A DNA stretch of 64,000 nt. Source: Thermoanaerobaculia bacterium (lineage in GTDB: Bacteria > Acidobacteriota > Thermoanaerobaculia > Multivoradales > Multivoraceae). The DNA lies in NCBI GenBank assembly GCA_963666565.1, contig OY762911.1:2016001-2080000 (forward strand), read 5' to 3'. Positions within the stretch are counted from its first letter, which is position 1; each line of letters begins with the position of its first letter. Below, in pieces: positions 9,024 to 18,320 of this stretch. A program made the position numbers and the translations under genes. Below the pieces are notes generated by a model. It saw only the letters and a list, made by a program, of their open reading frames with translations. It did no database searches and had not been told where the DNA came from.

Positions 9024-10295
9024 ATGAAAGAACCCCTCTTGGGAACGGCTGGCCGCTGGCGGTCGGTTCCGGTCGCCGCGGTACTGGCCGGACTCGCGGT
9101 TTCGGGCGGCGCGGCAGCCGACGACTGGCCGCAGTGGCGCGGACCGCAGCGCGACGGCGTCTCGATGGAGACCGGCCTTGCCGGCCGCTGGCCGTCCGGG
9201 GGGCCTCCGCTGCTGTGGCGCATCGACGGCCTGGGCGAGGGCTACGGTTCGGTGTCGGCGGTCGGCGGCGCTCTCTACGTGCAGGGAACCCGCGGCGGCC
9301 GCAGCCTCGTGTTCGCCCTCGATGCGTCGGACGGCGACGTCCGCTGGGAACGCGAACTCGGCTCGCGGCTTCGGGACGGCCGGGGCAATGGCCCCCGCGG
9401 CACGCCGACGGTGGCTGGCGACGCGCTCTACGCGCTGACCGGCGTGGGAGAACTGGCGCGCATCCGTCTCGCTGACGGGAGCGTGGCGTGGCGGCGAAAC
9501 ATCCTCCGCGACTTCGGCCAGCGGAACATCAGTTGGGGGATCAGCGAGTCCCCTTTGATCGAGGGCGGCCGGGTGGTCGTGATGCCGGGAGGAGAGGGCG
9601 GCGCGATCGCGGCCCTCGACCGGGAGACGGGCGGCACGGTGTGGACCAGCACCGGCCTGACCGACCGGGCCGGCTACTCGTCTCTCATCGCCGTCGACCT
9701 GGAGGACGGCGGCGAGCCGCTGCGGGCGATCGTCGGCTTCACGGCGCGGGCCGGCGTGGGCGTGCGGGCCTCGGACGGCGAACTGCTCTGGCACTACCGG
9801 GAGCCGGCCAACCGCACGGCGAACGCGGCGACGCCGATCTACTCGGGCGGCCTCGTCTTCTACGCCTCGGACTACGGCACGGGAGGCGGCGCGCTCCGGG
9901 TGCGGGTGGCTGGCGACAACGTGAGCAGCGGCCAGGCGTGGTTCGAGTCGCGCCTGCGCAACCATCACGGCGGCGTCGTGCTCCACGAAGGACATCTCTA
10001 CGGGTTCTTCGGCAGCGCGCTCGCCTGCGTGGACTTCGCAACCGGCGAGACCGTGTGGAGGGACCGCAGCGTCGGCAAGGGTTCGCTCACTCTCGCCGAC
10101 GGCAAGCTGTTCCTGCTCGGCGAGAGGCACCTCGCCGGCCTGGCGGAAGCGACGCCCGATGGCTACGTCGAGCTGGGCCGCTTCGACGTGGACAACCGCG
10201 GCCGCCCGAGCTGGGCGCATCCCGTGGTAAGCAACGGCGTGCTGTACCTCCGCAACTGGGACGAACTGCTGGCGTACGACGTCGCGGACCGGTAG
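9024..10295 (+). CDS. PQQ-binding-like beta-propeller repeat protein (BamB-like), secreted
   Basis: Signal peptide, then DWPQWRGPQRDG; repeated ALDxxxGxxxW blades; WAHPV...LYLR C-terminus. Confidence 0.85.
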   Translation: MKEPLLGTAGRWRSVPVAAVLAGLAVSGGAAADDWPQWRGPQRDGVSMETGLAGRWPSGGPPLLWRIDGLGEGYGSVSAVGGALYVQGTRGGRSLVFALDASDGDVRWERELGSRLRDGRGNGPRGTPTVAGDALYALTGVGELARIRLADGSVAWRRNILRDFGQRNISWGISESPLIEGGRVVVMPGGEGGAIAALDRETGGTVWTSTGLTDRAGYSSLIAVDLEDGGEPLRAIVGFTARAGVGVRASDGELLWHYREPANRTANAATPIYSGGLVFYASDYGTGGGALRVRVAGDNVSSGQAWFESRLRNHHGGVVLHEGHLYGFFGSALACVDFATGETVWRDRSVGKGSLTLADGKLFLLGERHLAGLAEATPDGYVELGRFDVDNRGRPSWAHPVVSNGVLYLRNWDELLAYDVADR

Positions 10296-10346
10296 GGCGC
10301 GGGCTCAGGATTGGCGCCCGCGTCGGGGTGGCGTAGGGTAACGGCC

Positions 10347-10565
10347 ATGCGGACGAAGGTGGAGCTCGACGACGAACTCGTGGCCGAGGCGAGTCGCTAC
10401 GCGAACCGAACGGGCCGGACTCTCGGGGCGCTGATCGAGGAGGGCCTGCGCCTCGTGGTCCCCCTTCGGCAGTCACGTGGACCTGCGGAACGGGTGGAGT
10501 TATTGACCGGCGGCAAGGGCGGATTGATGCCCGGCGTCAAGAAGGACGGCTTCAATCACCTCTGA
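10347..10565 (+). CDS. Orphan VapB-like/DUF2191 ribbon-helix-helix antitoxin
   Basis: MRTKVELDDEL...GRTLGALIEEGLR...GGLMPGV; no toxin gene follows. Confidence 0.7.
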   Translation: MRTKVELDDELVAEASRYANRTGRTLGALIEEGLRLVVPLRQSRGPAERVELLTGGKGGLMPGVKKDGFNHL

Positions 10566-11219
10566 TCAGTCGCGCAAGGGGCCCGATCGCTCGCCGTCGG
10601 CAAACGCGCTCTGGAACTCCGGCCTGCCTTCGAGCCGGCCCATGTAGGCGACGGTGTTTGGGTACCTTTCGTCCAGTACGCCCAGCCGCTGCGCCAAGGC
10701 CAGCGAGTATCCCATCATGATGTCGGCGGCGGTCAGGTCGTCGCCGAGCAGGTAGTCGCGGCCTTCGAGTGTCGCTTCGACCGCGTCGAGGCAGATCTCG
10801 GCGCGCTCGCGGCCGTCCTCGACGACGGCCGGGATGCGCTCCGGTGCCGGCTTGAGGATGCGGTGGTGGACCATGTCGCCGAGCGGACGCGCCAGGCTCG
10901 CCTCGGCGAACCAGGACCACTGAAGGAACAGCGCGCTTTCGGGGCTGCCCGCAGGCGGCTGCAGGCGGCCTTTCCCGTATCGCTCCAGGATGTAGTGGAC
11001 CATCGCGCCGGACTCGATCATGGTGAAGGGCTTGCCCTTCTCGTCGACGTCCGTCATGGCCGGCACCTTGCCGATCGGGTTGAGCCGCCGCCATTCGGCC
11101 GACTTGCGGTACTCCGGGCTGAAGTCGACCGGGACGACTTCGTACGGGAGATCCAACTCCTCGCACAGCCAGATGACCCGTGCGGAGCGGGTCCGCGGCA
11201 CGTGGTAGATCGTGATCAC
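10566..11219 (-). CDS. Glutathione S-transferase family protein
   Basis: LNPIGKVP, ESGA, YLLGDDLTAADI. Confidence 0.9.
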   Translation of the reverse strand: MITIYHVPRTRSARVIWLCEELDLPYEVVPVDFSPEYRKSAEWRRLNPIGKVPAMTDVDEKGKPFTMIESGAMVHYILERYGKGRLQPPAGSPESALFLQWSWFAEASLARPLGDMVHHRILKPAPERIPAVVEDGRERAEICLDAVEATLEGRDYLLGDDLTAADIMMGYSLALAQRLGVLDERYPNTVAYMGRLEGRPEFQSAFADGERSGPLRD

Positions 11220-11252
11220 GTGCGAAGGGAGAACGTCGATAATCTGGTCGGT

Positions 11253-12119
11253 CTACGCCAGAGCGCGCTCGAACAGGGCGAGCAGTCGGCTCCACGCCCG
11301 CTCCGCCTGAGCCTCGTTGTAGACCGGCGTGTCCGGCGGGCACCAGCCGTGCATCGCGCCCTCGTAGACCTCGATCTCGGCCGGCAGGCCGGCGGCCTCG
11401 AACGTCTCGCGCAGCACGTCCTTGGCCTCGGGCTGGCGCTGGTCGTCGTTCTCGGCGATCGCGAACAGGTAGTGCGCCGTCATGTCCTTCACGAGGAGGT
11501 GTGGGCTGTCCGGCTGATCCGTGACGAGTCCGCCGCCGTGGAAGGAGGCGCCGGCGCCGATGCGGTCGGGCAGCGCGGCCGCCGTCCGCATCGTCATCGG
11601 GCCGCCCATGCAGTAGCCCATCGTTCCCATCTTCCGGTCGCTGTCGACGGACGACTGGCCGTCCAGGAAGCTCACGAAGGCCTTCGCGTCCGTCACGTTG
11701 GTCTCGGGACTCAGCGAACCCATCAGCGGCCGCAGCGTCTCGCGCAAGGCGGCGAAGTCGGTGCCGTCCGCGATGGGCGCCTTCTTCGACCGGTAGTACT
11801 GGTTGACGGCCAGGACGGAGTAGCCCGATTCCGCGAGGCGCGTCGCCATCTGCCGCATCGCCGGCCGCAGGCCGAACGCGTCCGGCCAGATGAGGACGCC
11901 CGGATGGGCGCCGTTCGCCGGGTGGACGAAGTAGCTGTCGCAGACGCCGTCGGGTGTCGTGATCTCGATCTCGGAGTCGGTGACGTTCAGGGCGTTCGCC
12001 GCCCGCGGCAGCAGGATCGTCAGGCCCGCGCCGGCCGAGACGGCGCCGAACTCCCGACGGGTCAGCCGCTTCCCTTGCAGGTACCGGGCGTTCTCGGCAT
12101 CGGTTCTGTCGTCACACAT
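11253..12119 (-). CDS. Dienelactone hydrolase family protein with Tat signal
   Basis: TRREF Tat motif; nucleophile GYCMGG; HGW; AERAW. Confidence 0.9.
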   Translation of the reverse strand: MCDDRTDAENARYLQGKRLTRREFGAVSAGAGLTILLPRAANALNVTDSEIEITTPDGVCDSYFVHPANGAHPGVLIWPDAFGLRPAMRQMATRLAESGYSVLAVNQYYRSKKAPIADGTDFAALRETLRPLMGSLSPETNVTDAKAFVSFLDGQSSVDSDRKMGTMGYCMGGPMTMRTAAALPDRIGAGASFHGGGLVTDQPDSPHLLVKDMTAHYLFAIAENDDQRQPEAKDVLRETFEAAGLPAEIEVYEGAMHGWCPPDTPVYNEAQAERAWSRLLALFERALA

Positions 12120-12152
12120 GGGGTCCTCCCGGGTCTGGGTTTCAGGCGTCCC

Positions 12153-12308
12153 TCAGGCCGCTTCATGGATGGTCCGTCCCTCGCCCCGCGCCGCCGAGCC
12201 GAAGAGGATGATCTTCTCCGGCTGGGCAACGTCCACGATGCACCGGACGATCTTGTCCAGGAGGTCGGGGTCGAGGGGGCGTGTGCCGGTTTGCGGCGGC
12301 TCGGTCAT
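12153..12308 (-). pseudogene. Internally deleted MNT (minimal nucleotidyltransferase) antitoxin remnant
   Basis: PEKIILFGSAARGE (MNT GS motif) is joined directly to a C-terminus-like GRTIHEAA; the DxD core is absent; 51 aa. Confidence 0.65.
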
Positions 12309-12406
12309 TGGAACGAGTCTACAGGCCGCCGTTCCGTTTCGGGCCGTTCGGCGCACGCCCGCACGACGGGACGGGGTACCGGCGGCACTTCCATCGTGTG
12401 CTTCTG

Positions 12407-12435
12407 TTGCAATGGACTAATCGATGGTCCAGAAT
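12407..12435 (+). promoter_or_regulatory. Sigma70-like promoter with operator inverted repeat for the TA operon
   Basis: TTGCAA-N17-CAGAAT. TGGAC (12413-17) and GTCCA (12427-31) form an inverted repeat across the spacer. Confidence 0.6.
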
Positions 12436-12470
12436 GGGCGAGCCGAGTCCAATGACCTGAGGCCGTTCCC

Positions 12471-12728
12471 ATGCAAATCTCCGTATCCGAGGCCAAGGCC
12501 AAGCTGACTGAACTCGTCCGGCGCGCCGAAGCCGGACACGACGTGGTACTTACTCGTCATGGCCGGGCAACGGTCGCCCTGGTTCCCGTTCGGGCGCGGC
12601 GCGATCCCGAGGCGCGACGGGCCGTGATCGCCTCCGTGCGCGCCGCCGCCGCGGGCAAGGCGGAGATCGGCGCCAGCGCCGCCCGGAGCCAGGACTTTCT
12701 CTACGGCGACAGCGGTCTGCCAGAGTGA
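12471..12728 (+). CDS. Phd/YefM family antitoxin
   Basis: ISVSEAKAKLTELVRRAEAGHDVVLTRHG. Confidence 0.9.
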   Translation: MQISVSEAKAKLTELVRRAEAGHDVVLTRHGRATVALVPVRARRDPEARRAVIASVRAAAAGKAEIGASAARSQDFLYGDSGLPE

Positions 12729-13105
12729 TTGCCGTAGACACGTCCGCCCTGATGGCCGTTCTGCTGGACGAGCCGACCGCGGGAGATTGTGCTGAGGTGC
12801 TGGCGAGCGAGCGCTGCGCGATTTCCGCGGCTACGGTCGCCGAAGCGTTGATCGTGGCCGATCGCCGAGGCTTGCGTTCGGAGATGGCCGGCTTGATCGA
12901 CGGCCTGGGCCTTGAGGTCGTCAGCGTGTCGGCGGCGGCAGCCCGCCGGGTTGCTGACGCTTATGCGCGATGGGGTAAGGGCGTGCATGCCTCCGCACTG
13001 AACTTCGGCGATTGCTTCGCCTACGACCTGGCCAAGACCAATGATTGCCCCTTGCTCTACGTTGGGCTGGATTTCGGACGGACCGACGTTGACGCTGCCA
13101 TGTAG
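12725..13105 (+). CDS. vapC: VapC PIN-domain toxin
   Basis: GTGA overlap; VDTSALMA, LNFGDCFAY, PLLYVGxDF. Confidence 0.9.
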   Translation: MIAVDTSALMAVLLDEPTAGDCAEVLASERCAISAATVAEALIVADRRGLRSEMAGLIDGLGLEVVSVSAAAARRVADAYARWGKGVHASALNFGDCFAYDLAKTNDCPLLYVGLDFGRTDVDAAM

Positions 13106-13145
13106 GCGATGCCCGGACATGGCACGCTGTTCGCCTCCAACTGCC

Positions 13146-13622
13146 TTAGCCCCACCACACGCCGCAGTCCCTCGCCTGGAGTTCCCGTGCCAACGCCCTC
13201 TCCATGTCTTTGGCCTGATCGGCTGACACGGAGGCTGAACCCACTAGAGGACGCTTGCCGAAGTCTCTGACGAACCCCTTGCCGGCTTGGTAGTTCCTCT
13301 TGTGTCGCTTGAAACGACGCTCGGGCTTGAGTCCGGTTTCGCCCACGTAAAAGAACTGCTTACGGTTCTCCTCCCGGTAGTGAGGGTTCTTCTCCCGGAA
13401 CTTCGCTTTCTCCCGCCACACAGACCGGTCAAGGAGAACCACGTAGAGGTTCCGCTCCCGTCCCCCCGGCGGGACCGCGGGGTACCGGCTCAGCACGGAG
13501 TCGATGGCCTCGCGGACCAACTGGGTCGCTGGCCGAGCCCGCCGCCTTCGGATGAGCTCTATGGCCGCATAGGTGGCTGCTGCGCCAGCGCCAACTGCGA
13601 TGGGAATGAGGGGGACGGCCAC
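13146..13622 (-). CDS. GIY-YIG-like nuclease fold protein with hydrophobic N-terminus
   Basis: LYVV...FYVGETG..PERRFKRH...ME (Tyr, YVG, Arg, His, Glu order); N-terminus MAVPLIPIAVGAGAAATYAAI. Confidence 0.55.
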   Translation of the reverse strand: MAVPLIPIAVGAGAAATYAAIELIRRRRARPATQLVREAIDSVLSRYPAVPPGGRERNLYVVLLDRSVWREKAKFREKNPHYREENRKQFFYVGETGLKPERRFKRHKRNYQAGKGFVRDFGKRPLVGSASVSADQAKDMERALARELQARDCGVWWG

Positions 13623-13650
13623 TCTTCGCTGCTCCTATCGTTACACGCTG

Positions 13651-14283
13651 CTACACGTGGCTCTCGCCGGGCTCGTGCTGGCAGCCACGGAAACGCTCGA
13701 CGCGGACCCGGTCGGGCAGCCCTAGCGCTTCCGTGCGTCCGACCTTCGAGGTGTAGAAGGCGAACAGCGTACGCCGCTTCAGGTCGCTGAAGAAAGCGGC
13801 GCCGGCGAGCAGTTCCGGCGCGTGTTCCTCGTGCTCGTCGCTGATCTCGCGCAGCATGTCGAGTTGGCGAGCCGCGTCGAGTGCGACGAAGGACGAGCCG
13901 TGCACCTCCGCCGCGCGCCGGTCGATCCAGTCCAGGCCGCCGAGCGCGGCCAACTGCTCGTCGCCGTCGGCGAGCGAGAGTTCGAGGTCGATGAACTCGT
14001 GGACGGCGGCGTCTCGGGCGCCGGGAGTGTCCGTGCGCGGCAGGATGTGCTCGCAGAGCACGGCGAGCAGTTCGCCCTGGGCCTGCGTCAGCAGCCGGGG
14101 CGTCCAGCCGGCGCCCTCGGCCTGGTAGGCGGCCACCGCCGGGATCGCGGCCCGAATCGGTTCGGCCTGCAGCGTGGCGTAGCCGAAGGCGCCCGCGCCG
14201 GCCGCCAGGACCTTCCGTCTCGTGGTCCGTCCGCCCGCGCTTGCCCCCGCGGCGGTGGTCGCGCCGTTCGTCGGCTTGTTCAT
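13651..14283 (-). CDS. Gluconate 2-dehydrogenase subunit 3 family protein (Tat)
   Basis: TRRKVL; ILPRTDTPGARDAAV.EFID; AFYTSKVG; ATGA overlap with the GMC gene. Confidence 0.85.
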   Translation of the reverse strand: MNKPTNGATTAAGASAGGRTTRRKVLAAGAGAFGYATLQAEPIRAAIPAVAAYQAEGAGWTPRLLTQAQGELLAVLCEHILPRTDTPGARDAAVHEFIDLELSLADGDEQLAALGGLDWIDRRAAEVHGSSFVALDAARQLDMLREISDEHEEHAPELLAGAAFFSDLKRRTLFAFYTSKVGRTEALGLPDRVRVERFRGCQHEPGESHV

Positions 14284-15974
14284 GCGAGTTCTCCGCGCTT
14301 GTGCCGCTCGACGACGTACTCGGACGAGCGCAGCGCCAGCGCCATCATGGTCAAGGTCGGGTTGACGCAGCCGATGCTGACGTAGCAGGAGCCGTCCATG
14401 ACGAACAGGTTCTTCACGGTGTGGGACTGCTGGTACTGGTTCATCCAGGAGGTCTTCGGATCGTCGCCCATGCGGGCCGTGCCGACCTCGTGGATGCCCG
14501 ATCCCAGCGGCGCCGGCTCCGTGTTCTGGGTGATGTTCGTGCAGCCGAGCGCCTCCAGCATGGCCCGGCCTTCCGCGATGATGTCCTGGACCATCGCGTA
14601 CTCGTTGCTGCCGAGGGTGCAGTTCATCCGGAGCACGGGCACGCCCCACTTGTCGGTCACGTCCGCGTCGAGCGCGACGCGGTTCTCGGCCCGCGGCAGG
14701 ATCTCGCCGAAGCCGCCGAGGCCGATCGTCGAGACGGTGCTCGATTCGACCATCCGCTTGAAGTCGGCGCCGAAGCCGGGAATGCCGTTGCCGTGCTGCC
14801 AGGTGGTGATGTTCTCGCCGCCCTGGTAGCCGTAGCCGCGGATGAAGTTCGGGTTCTTCGTTGCCGCGTCCTTCAGGTTCTGGAAGCGGGGTACGTAGAT
14901 CCCGTTCGGTCGATTCGCGCGCTCCGGTTGAGCGCCGGCCCGCGCCTCCAGGACGCCGCGTACTCCGGTCGCGTAGATGTGGTCCATCACGTAGCGGCCC
15001 AGGCAGTCGCTGTCGTTGGCGAGGCCGCCCTCGGCCGAGTTGAGCAGGATGCGGGTCGAAGCGAGGGTCGAGGCGCAGAGCACGACGACGTCGGCCTTGG
15101 CTTCCCGGGTCAGGTCCGTGTTCTTGTCGACGTAGGTGACGCCCGAGGCCAGGTCGCCGGCCTTCATGTCGACCTTGATGACGGCGGCGTCCGGGACCAG
15201 GGTGAACCGGCCGGTCGCCTCGCAGTCGACGAGGGTCGTCTGCGGCGAGTTGAAGTAGGAGTTCGTCCGGCAGCCGTAGTGGCAGGGGCCGCAGTAGTGG
15301 CACATGTCGCGGCCGTTGTGCCGGCGGGTGAGGACGGCGTTGCGGCCGATCGTCATCGGCCGGTTGAACTTCTCGGCCAGGGTCTCCTTCAGCATCGCCT
15401 CGCCGCACGTGAAGGCCATCGGCGGCAGGAAGTCGCCGTCCGGCAGGATCTCCAGACCCTCCTTGCGGCCGTTGACGCCGATGTAGCGTTCGATCCGGTC
15501 GTAGTACGGCGCCAGGTCGGCGTAGCCGATCGGCCAGTCCATGCCGTAGCCATCGAGGCTGGCCGCCTTGAAGTCGTAGTCGCTCATCCGGTACGACTGC
15601 CGCGCCCACATGATCGAGCGGCCGCCGACGACGTTGCCCTGGATCCAGTTGAAGTGGGTGCCGGGGGCCTCGGTGTAGGGGTTGTCGACGTCGTCGATGA
15701 AGAAGTCCGCGTTGACCTCGGTGCAGGCGTAGCAGTACGACTGGCGGTGCCGCCGCTGGAGCAGTTCGTTGCGCGGGTCGGGGCGGCCGCGGAGTTCCAT
15801 GTCGTGCGGCAGGGTGTGCTCGCGGAAGTCGTTCTCGGGGTCGAAGGCGCGGCCGGCCTCGAGCATCAGCACGTCCATCCCGGCTTCGGTGAGGACCTTG
15901 GCGGCCCAGCCGCCGGTGGCGCCGGAGCCGACGACGATGGCGTCCCAGGTCTTCGTGTCGGACGTCTGTTTCAT
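14280..15974 (-). CDS. GMC family oxidoreductase
   Basis: DAIVVGSGATGG FAD motif; GGRSIMW; CHYCGPCHYGC; HEVGTARMG; NPTLTMMAL. Confidence 0.95.
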   Translation of the reverse strand: MKQTSDTKTWDAIVVGSGATGGWAAKVLTEAGMDVLMLEAGRAFDPENDFREHTLPHDMELRGRPDPRNELLQRRHRQSYCYACTEVNADFFIDDVDNPYTEAPGTHFNWIQGNVVGGRSIMWARQSYRMSDYDFKAASLDGYGMDWPIGYADLAPYYDRIERYIGVNGRKEGLEILPDGDFLPPMAFTCGEAMLKETLAEKFNRPMTIGRNAVLTRRHNGRDMCHYCGPCHYGCRTNSYFNSPQTTLVDCEATGRFTLVPDAAVIKVDMKAGDLASGVTYVDKNTDLTREAKADVVVLCASTLASTRILLNSAEGGLANDSDCLGRYVMDHIYATGVRGVLEARAGAQPERANRPNGIYVPRFQNLKDAATKNPNFIRGYGYQGGENITTWQHGNGIPGFGADFKRMVESSTVSTIGLGGFGEILPRAENRVALDADVTDKWGVPVLRMNCTLGSNEYAMVQDIIAEGRAMLEALGCTNITQNTEPAPLGSGIHEVGTARMGDDPKTSWMNQYQQSHTVKNLFVMDGSCYVSIGCVNPTLTMMALALRSSEYVVERHKRGELA

Positions 15975-15996
15975 GCGGGAGGGTCCTCGGCTGGAG

Positions 15997-17052
15997 CTAG
16001 CGGACGACCGCCTCGGTCGACGCCTCGACGTTGTACGGCAGGGCGTCGTCGCCCTCGAGGCCCAGCCGCTCGTTGATCGCCAGCAGGTGGTGGTCGACGC
16101 CGATCTCGGCGCCGGGGCGGAAACCGGGCACGGTGATGACCTGCGCCAGCACGCCGCCCAGGCCGCGGTGGATCACGCCGCGCGGCAGGTAGATCAGGTC
16201 GCCGGCGCGGACGTCGTGAACGTCGAAGAGCTGCCCGGCGAGCTCGGGGGTCATCGTCTCGGGGGACTCGATTGCCTCGGCGCGGTAGCTCGTGAGGAGT
16301 TGGTCCTCGTCGTTGCTCATCTGCACCAGGTAGAACTCGTCGAAGCCCGTGTCCACGGGGTGGTAGTGGGTGAAGGAGTCCGTGATCCGCACGCGGTGCG
16401 CGTTCAGGCCGTGGAAGGTGTAGGGCCCGTTGTCGTTGAGCCAGGTGAGCAGGATGCGACGGTAGGCGCCGGTCTCCGTGGCGCAGCCGCCGGGGACGTC
16501 CGTGATGTTCGGATCCCAGTCGGGCCGGATCGCCGCCGGCACGTTCTCGTCCGGTGCGTCGGGAACGTCGAACACGAGCGCGGCGATCGCGGGTTCGACC
16601 GTCAGCCGTTCGCCGGGGCGGAGCACCGCGATGTCGCCTACATGGAGCTCGGTCCTGGTTGTGCCCGAGGCGGTGTGGATCTCGGCCGTCGCGGGCGCCT
16701 CCTCGACCGGCGTCTGAACGAAGACGAGCCGGCTCGACGCGTCCGCGGCGATCTCGGTGGCCGCGGCCAGGAACGTCATCGCGTAGCCGGGGTTCGCCGC
16801 CTCGAAGGCCTCCCGGACCCGCGCGAAGGCGGCTTGGCCCTCGGCGTCGTCGTCGAAGAGGTGGGCGCGGACGACTTCAGCCGGACTTCCTACGCTCTTG
16901 AGTTCGGCATCCTCCCCGCCCGGGTCGGCATCGACCTCGCTGGAGATGCAGGCACAGAGCGTGAGCGAGGCCAAGAACGTTGCTGCCGTCGCAGACGCGA
17001 GCGGTACCGGGCACCTTCGGAATCTCACCGGCGAAACGGTACCACGCGGCAA
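15997..17052 (-). CDS. Exported double-cupin-like protein (start uncertain)
   Basis: Lipoprotein-like LCAC; HYHP...DEFY and AGDLIYLPRGVIH cupin motifs. Confidence 0.6.
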   Translation of the reverse strand: MPRGTVSPVRFRRCPVPLASATAATFLASLTLCACISSEVDADPGGEDAELKSVGSPAEVVRAHLFDDDAEGQAAFARVREAFEAANPGYAMTFLAAATEIAADASSRLVFVQTPVEEAPATAEIHTASGTTRTELHVGDIAVLRPGERLTVEPAIAALVFDVPDAPDENVPAAIRPDWDPNITDVPGGCATETGAYRRILLTWLNDNGPYTFHGLNAHRVRITDSFTHYHPVDTGFDEFYLVQMSNDEDQLLTSYRAEAIESPETMTPELAGQLFDVHDVRAGDLIYLPRGVIHRGLGGVLAQVITVPGFRPGAEIGVDHHLLAINERLGLEGDDALPYNVEASTEAVVR

Positions 17053-17068
17053 AGGTCGGGCTCGCCCT

Positions 17069-17863
17069 TCAGCTACCCCGATCGTGTCGCTCCTGGAATC
17101 TGGCGTGGAGCTCCAAGTCGAACAGTCTGGCGGATCGGATCTCCGAGAGTGGAAGGATCACACGCATGTCCTCCAGGGACGTGCTCCGGTCTGCTCCTGG
17201 GTGGTGTCTTCGGATCTCGTTGTAGTAGCGGCCGTAGGAAGTAGTCAGCTTGAGTTCCTGCGTGTCCTTGTCGCGGTAGCCGCTGACTACTGGGAGGAGA
17301 GCTATGTCGGGCTCGGTGGCGTCCCTCTGGAAGATGCCGCTGACCGTGGCATAGCCGATGTAGGTCTTGCCGCTGTTGAGTGCGATCTCGACAGTGGTGG
17401 GGCGTTGAGCCGAGTCCTGCAGAGTCAACTCGATGAGATCGCCCCTCTCCGCCGCTGCTCTGCGGGCGCCTTCGAGATCCGTACAGCGGAGACGGCGCCG
17501 CCAGGATAGCGGCGTCTCGGTGTCCACTGCCTCGTGTTCTGCGTCTGTCTCTTTCTTCCGCCGGTTGAGTCCGTACGGAAGAGCGAACCCGCTGAGAGTT
17601 CCGATGCCGACGGCCGCCTGAACCAGGGTGAGCGGCTCCGACAAACGTAGCCAGCCCTTGAGGTCTACGCCGAGGTCCGGAACTGCATACGAGAGAGCTA
17701 GAAGCGGCAGGTATGCGATGGCCGAGAGCAGGCCCCCCAGGCAGGCCGACCGGAAGACCAGGTGGTAGCCCGACTCGCGCAGAGCGCCGTACTTCCAGCA
17801 GTTTGCCCGCGTGAGGGCCCAGTACCCGCCGAGGGCCGGCAGGAGAAGAAGCCCGAGACCCAT
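17069..17863 (-). CDS. Hypothetical membrane protein (3 TM + soluble beta-rich C-terminal domain)
   Basis: 264-aa ORF with TM segments, then IALNSGKTYIG...LLPVVSGYRD...EIRSARLFD; codon usage less GC-biased than neighbours. Confidence 0.75.
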   Translation of the reverse strand: MGLGLLLLPALGGYWALTRANCWKYGALRESGYHLVFRSACLGGLLSAIAYLPLLALSYAVPDLGVDLKGWLRLSEPLTLVQAAVGIGTLSGFALPYGLNRRKKETDAEHEAVDTETPLSWRRRLRCTDLEGARRAAAERGDLIELTLQDSAQRPTTVEIALNSGKTYIGYATVSGIFQRDATEPDIALLPVVSGYRDKDTQELKLTTSYGRYYNEIRRHHPGADRSTSLEDMRVILPLSEIRSARLFDLELHARFQERHDRGS

Positions 17864-17881
17864 CTGGCTGAGCCGACCGGT

Positions 17882-18088
17882 CTAGCCGGAGTGTGCCGCC
17901 TTGCGATTCGGCGGTGGCGGGTCGACCTGCGCGTAGCGGTGTTCTCGCTCGATGATGGCGGTGCCGGCAGAAAAGGCGTCCGCAACTTCCGGCCTGCTCA
18001 GGAGATCGTCCATGTCGACTTGCCACGCGCCCTTGCTCGTGAAGTGGAGTCGCACCGGCCGGCTGCTCTCCTTGGTCTTGTCGGTCAT
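17882..18088 (-). CDS. Small hypothetical protein (68 aa) upstream of the membrane protein
   Basis: ATG at 18088 with purine-rich upstream sequence; MTDKTKESSRPVRLHFTSKGAWQVDMDDLL; same strand, 18 bp from the next gene. Confidence 0.5.
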   Translation of the reverse strand: MTDKTKESSRPVRLHFTSKGAWQVDMDDLLSRPEVADAFSAGTAIIEREHRYAQVDPPPPNRKAAHSG

Positions 18089-18320
18089 GACGCGCTCTTC
18101 CGGTTGCTGGCGGGCTCCCGACCACCCCACCTGAGACTCGACGCACAGCGTAGCAGAAGAGCCGACTTCCGTTTGCAGAGGACACGGCACCTGACAATGC
18201 CGTCGCGAGCTCGGGCCGAACTGGCCCGCGAACGCCCCGTGGGATCCATGCAGAGCACGGTACCATGAGGGGCTCCGGCGAGACGTGACGAAGAATGAGG
18301 CCGGGGAAGAGGAGTCGACG

